The position numbers were made by a program, and so were the translations under genes. Positions 55,450 through 56,938 of a stretch of 56,938 bases of DNA are shown one piece after another. Below the pieces are notes generated by a model that did no database searches, was not told the DNA's origin, and saw only the letters and a program-made list of their open reading frames with translations. The DNA comes from a virus (lineage: Duplodnaviria; Caudoviricetes), in IMG/VR virus record IMGVR_UViG_3300011114_000231, positions 1-56,938 of that record; one strand, written 5' to 3'. Numbering within the stretch: the first letter of the stretch is position 1; each line of letters starts with the position of its first letter.

Positions 55450-55477
55450 ACAATAGTGTGTAAAAAATTACAGTCAA
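55450..55477 (-). promoter_or_regulatory. Promoter for the terminase operon
   Basis: TTGACT-N16-TATTGT on the minus strand. Confidence 0.45.
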
Positions 55478-55660
55478 GTAAAGTAAAACTTGACACGTGC
55501 TTTTTTGGGGTTGTGGTTTAAGAGGTATACTACGCGACCGGGGGCCGCGGCTGAGCGCTGTCCATGTGGCCCCCCGTCATGCTTGCGCGCAACAAAACAA
55601 AAGAACAAAACAAGAACTAGGATTAAATAAAATAAAGGGAATTTAATTAATTTGGGACAG

Positions 55661-55689
55661 TTGACACGAATAGCCGAATGTGCTCTATT
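55661..55689 (+). promoter_or_regulatory. Early promoter with AT-rich UP element
   Basis: TTGACA-N17 (ending TGc)-TCTATT, preceded by A/T tracts. Confidence 0.6.
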
Positions 55690-55716
55690 GATTAGGCCAG
55701 ATCAAACGGTCTGGTG

Positions 55717-55744
55717 GGCGAGGTTCTCGCCTCGCTCTTTGACA
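55717..55744 (+). promoter_or_regulatory. boxB-like hairpin plus boxA antitermination element
   Basis: GGCGAG-gtt-CTCGCC hairpin directly followed by CGCTCTTTGACA (rrn boxA consensus TGCTCTTTAACA). Confidence 0.65.
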
Positions 55745-55767
55745 GTGTAAAACATGGAGGTGCCATC

Positions 55768-56169
55768 ATGGCATCAGTATTTCAGGGTGGCGTTGCCCTT
55801 AAAATCGACGCAAAGACTGGCTTTGTCGCGGTTTCGGTCGGCGCGGATTATGGCGCGGAAGAAGTGGAAACCATCGCTTCGGATATGGCATATTTCGCGG
55901 CGCAAAATAAAACCTTTGTTCAGGCTTTCATTCCTGAAACTAAGGGCGACAAAGTGGTCAAGATTGGCCTTCGGAACGGCGGAGAGTTTGCGGTTTCTGG
56001 CTTCAAGCCAGCGACTATTGAAAAACTCTTAACCACACACACTCCTCGAATATTGGTTAATTTCGCAGGACGTGCGCCAATGCCCTTCTTGGCCTTCTTC
56101 AAGAAAGAGGACGCCAAGCCTGTGATTGCAGGCAAAAAAGCATCCCCCTTCTTGGGACGCCGGTCCTAA
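55768..56169 (+). CDS. Hypothetical early protein
   Basis: GGAGGT RBS before MASVF. Confidence 0.75.
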   Translation: MASVFQGGVALKIDAKTGFVAVSVGADYGAEEVETIASDMAYFAAQNKTFVQAFIPETKGDKVVKIGLRNGGEFAVSGFKPATIEKLLTTHTPRILVNFAGRAPMPFLAFFKKEDAKPVIAGKKASPFLGRRS

Positions 56170-56226
56170 CAACAAAGGTGGCGGGAATAATCCCGCCACC
56201 ACCTTCTAACCTTTATGGAGCGCACA

Positions 56227-56385
56227 ATGCGTGTTGAAGTAAAACGTGTGACCGTCCAGCGCGGACGGAACAAGCCCCGCCAGATTATGGTCGAGTATCG
56301 TCCAAGTAAGGACAAGAACAAGACCAAGCGGTTCGAGAACAGACTAGAAACAGTCTGGAACCAAATCTGGAAACCCGCAACCTAA
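56227..56385 (+). CDS. Small basic protein, 52 aa (not in ORF track)
   Basis: GGAG RBS; MRVEVKRVTVQRGRNK...WKPAT*. Confidence 0.65.
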   Translation: MRVEVKRVTVQRGRNKPRQIMVEYRPSKDKNKTKRFENRLETVWNQIWKPAT

Positions 56386-56432
56386 GCGAACGGGAGAGGC
56401 GCAAGCCTCTCCCACAACCACAGGAGAGAAAC

Positions 56433-56510
56433 ATGCAACGATATTGGGAACCAAGCTGGCTGGAACTAACAGCCTTTGTGATTGCAATCTTCCTGATTGC
56501 TGGACTCTAA
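56433..56510 (+). CDS. Small hydrophobic peptide, 25 aa (not in ORF track)
   Basis: AGGAG RBS; MQRYWEPSWLELTAFVIAIFLIAGL*. Confidence 0.6.
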   Translation: MQRYWEPSWLELTAFVIAIFLIAGL

Positions 56511-56515
56511 GACTA

Positions 56516-56541
56516 GCCCGCCGCAAGGCGGGTTTTTCTTT
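56516..56541 (+). terminator. Intrinsic terminator
   Basis: GCCCGCC-gcaa-GGCGGGT then TTTTCTTT. Confidence 0.85.
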
Positions 56542-56670
56542 GCCCTTAATCTGTCTCCACTACGCATCTAATCACGCTCACGTCTAGGTATGTATATATA
56601 CCATACGTCGGGGGGATATAGCTCGTCTATTCAGTCCATAAGTTAACATGCAAGGTGTATAGCTTTGAAC

Positions 56671-56818
56671 AATCTGCATAATCTAAACAATCTATACCAA
56701 ACTTAAATGTGTTTATGGCCTGATACTTTACACTTTACACCAAGAAAAGTGAGTAAAACCAATATGTTATGTTAATACTATACATATAAATAATCTAAAC
56801 AATCTGTATAATCTGTGT
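56671..56818. repeat. Two triplets of 9-bp AATCTRNRY iteron-like repeats
   Basis: AATCTGCAT/AATCTAAAC/AATCTATAC (56671-56697); AATCTAAAC/AATCTGTAT/AATCTGTGT (56792-56818). Confidence 0.75.
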
Positions 56819-56938
56819 TTTTTAATGTTATGCGTTCGTTTCCAAAATTGTATTCCCAATTATATGTAAAGTGCGGTACTAATTACTTAACATGTAAACT
56901 TATATATCCCCATACATTTAGCATCACATTATATTCAA
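56812..56938. repeat. Direct terminal repeat, copy 2
   Basis: Identical to 1-127. Confidence 0.95.

Noticed and set aside
55419-56938. tRNA genes in intergenic regions
   Set aside because: The hairpins seen lack a cloverleaf and T-loop consensus

Overview
This window is a complete, circularly assembled ~56.8-kb tailed dsDNA phage genome; the last 127 bp repeat the first 127 bp, most likely an assembler k-mer overlap. The gene set is podovirus-like, and no RNA polymerase or integrase is recognisable. A GcrA homologue and the promoter/boxA style point to an alphaproteobacterial host (inference). The + strand arm (55.7 kb, through the junction, to 18.6 kb) carries early and replication genes: a MoxR-type AAA+ / DUF3150-like / metallopeptidase-VWA module, nucleotide-pool enzymes, family A DNA polymerase, GcrA, Cas4-like and VRR-NUC nucleases, an SNF2 helicase and a primase-helicase. 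The - strand arm (55.4 to 18.6 kb) carries terminase, portal, scaffold, capsid, a long fibre/lectin cassette, adaptors, lysis genes, nozzle and ejection proteins. The most notable signals are non-coding. (1) A complete type II hammerhead ribozyme core (2056-2111) lies between the AAA+ stop codon and the next RBS. (2) A stand-alone ~77-nt anti-Shine-Dalgarno sRNA gene with its own promoter and terminator (52843-52919, - strand) resembles alphaproteobacterial MmgR/suhB. (3) An rrn-style hairpin-boxA antitermination leader precedes the first early operon. (4) A symmetric origin-like region with IHF sites and iteron-like repeats spans the junction. A recurring [YM]xxGG peptide motif is also shared by several virion-region proteins. 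All protein calls come from motif recognition by eye; no database searches were run.
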